Below are positions 63,036-64,000 of a DNA stretch of 64,000 nucleotides, in pieces. The DNA comes from Bilabrum cf. latius. Lineage: Eukaryota. Both the position numbers and the translations under genes were made by a program. Location of the stretch: assembly GCA_965178125.1 (NCBI GenBank), contig OZ237755.1, positions 496,001 to 560,000 on the forward strand. Direction: 5' to 3'. The notes below the pieces were generated by a model. The model was given only the letters and a program-made list of their open reading frames with translations, searched no databases and was not told the origin of the DNA. Within the stretch, counting starts at the first letter, position 1. Every line of letters begins with the position of its first letter.

Positions 63036-64000
63036 TCACTCCTCATCCATGGCTGCCTGGGCCTCGTCCAGCTTGGCCTTGTACGCAGCCCACTGCTGGT
63101 GCGTCTCCTCGATGACCTCCTCCGCGAAGGCCCTGTTCTGGTACTCTTCCCTGAGGGCAAACTGGTTGATCTGGTCAGGGCTCTTGTACAGCCTCATCCA
63201 CTCCCTGAACGATTCCGAGGCACCGCTCGCTACGTCGATCACGTCATCGATGTCCTCCATCAATGGGGCCATGGGGTCCTCCTCGGCAATCCCGATGACC
63301 TTCCAGTCCGTCTCCCCGTCGTCGATCATGGCCAGAACCCCCAGAGGCTTATACCTCACGATCGCGCCCATGGGCCACTGCCGCGTGCCAATATCGATCT
63401 GCGAGTTGAACGTGAAAATTGCATGGAACGTGTTTACGTGTGTGCGTATTGGAATTAGAGTTGAACCGCGAAACAAGGAGTTAGCTAGACTTCGTGTCTC
63501 GAGTCTCTCACCACGTCAATCGGGTCACCGTCGCCCTTGTGCTTGGTGCGATGGTCCTCCACATCAGGATCCTCGTAGGTCTGCGGAAGGGCTCCATAAT
63601 TAAACATCATCTGCGACGAAGGCGAACAGACAGGGGGTTCGGCAAAGGCGGAGCGTGCTTCTGTCTGCACACGGCAAGATAGGATAGCTACCAACATTCG
63701 ACAACCCAGTCAGACCATCGGGACGCGGAACGCAGACATAGGCACGGCCGCCGATGCAAGTCTCACGTCTCCCCAGTGGTAATCCCTCAGCTTGCCCTTC
63801 TTGATGTCCTGCTTGATGGGGTTGAAGTCCGTCTTGGTGTCGATCTCCATCTTGGCGCGCGTCCACTTGGGGATCTCGCAGATCATGTTGAAGGTACCGT
63901 CCTCGTTTTTTAACGGGATATCGTGCCAAGGGGAGATCCGGTCTTCTGGCTCGCCCGGCCGCGTGCTCTTGAGGTACCCGACCGTGAACTCCTTGCTGGG
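63036..64000 (-). CDS. Soluble inorganic pyrophosphatase, family I (5'-truncated; introns 63611-63766, 63399-63511)
   Basis: Motifs [53 protein letters not shown] and IDDGETDWK. Ends in TGA. Confidence 0.93.

Noticed and set aside
1-64000. Mass pseudogenisation or sequencing error as the cause of broken ORFs
   Set aside because: Interruptions are exclusively TAG, never TAA/TGA or frameshifts, and catalytic motifs are intact.
1-64000. Pyrrolysine or programmed readthrough at UAG
   Set aside because: TAGs are numerous, context-free, sometimes in tandem, and fall at Gln positions in ordinary eukaryotic proteins. No pyl genes are seen.
1-64000. tRNA (including a CUA suppressor), rRNA, CRISPR array, integrated virophage or transposon
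   Set aside because: No cloverleaf, repeat-spacer array, transposase/integrase or long AT-rich insert was recognised by eye.

Overview
GC-rich, gene-dense eukaryotic nuclear DNA, probably from a protist, with short GT-AG introns and about 17 tightly packed protein genes. I recognised no RNA genes, CRISPR arrays or mobile elements. The main result is that the window appears to use a non-standard nuclear genetic code in which UAG is a sense codon, most likely Gln, while UAA and UGA remain stops. By my manual count about 90 in-frame TAGs interrupt 13 otherwise intact genes. They include TAGs at conserved Gln positions (RCC1 G-[TAG]-LG and IV-[TAG]-VSAG, LUC7 LD-[TAG]-LMG) and inside poly-Q runs. 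All 16 gene ends I could trace are TGA (12) or TAA (4). Reading TAG as sense merges the fragmented ORF track into long proteins: a PAS-containing membrane protein, a SNF1/CAMK-like kinase, an amylase-like+GT5+CBM glucan synthase, a GAF-GAF phosphodiesterase and an ankyrin-kinase-WW protein. Counts, exon boundaries and protein lengths are hand-derived.
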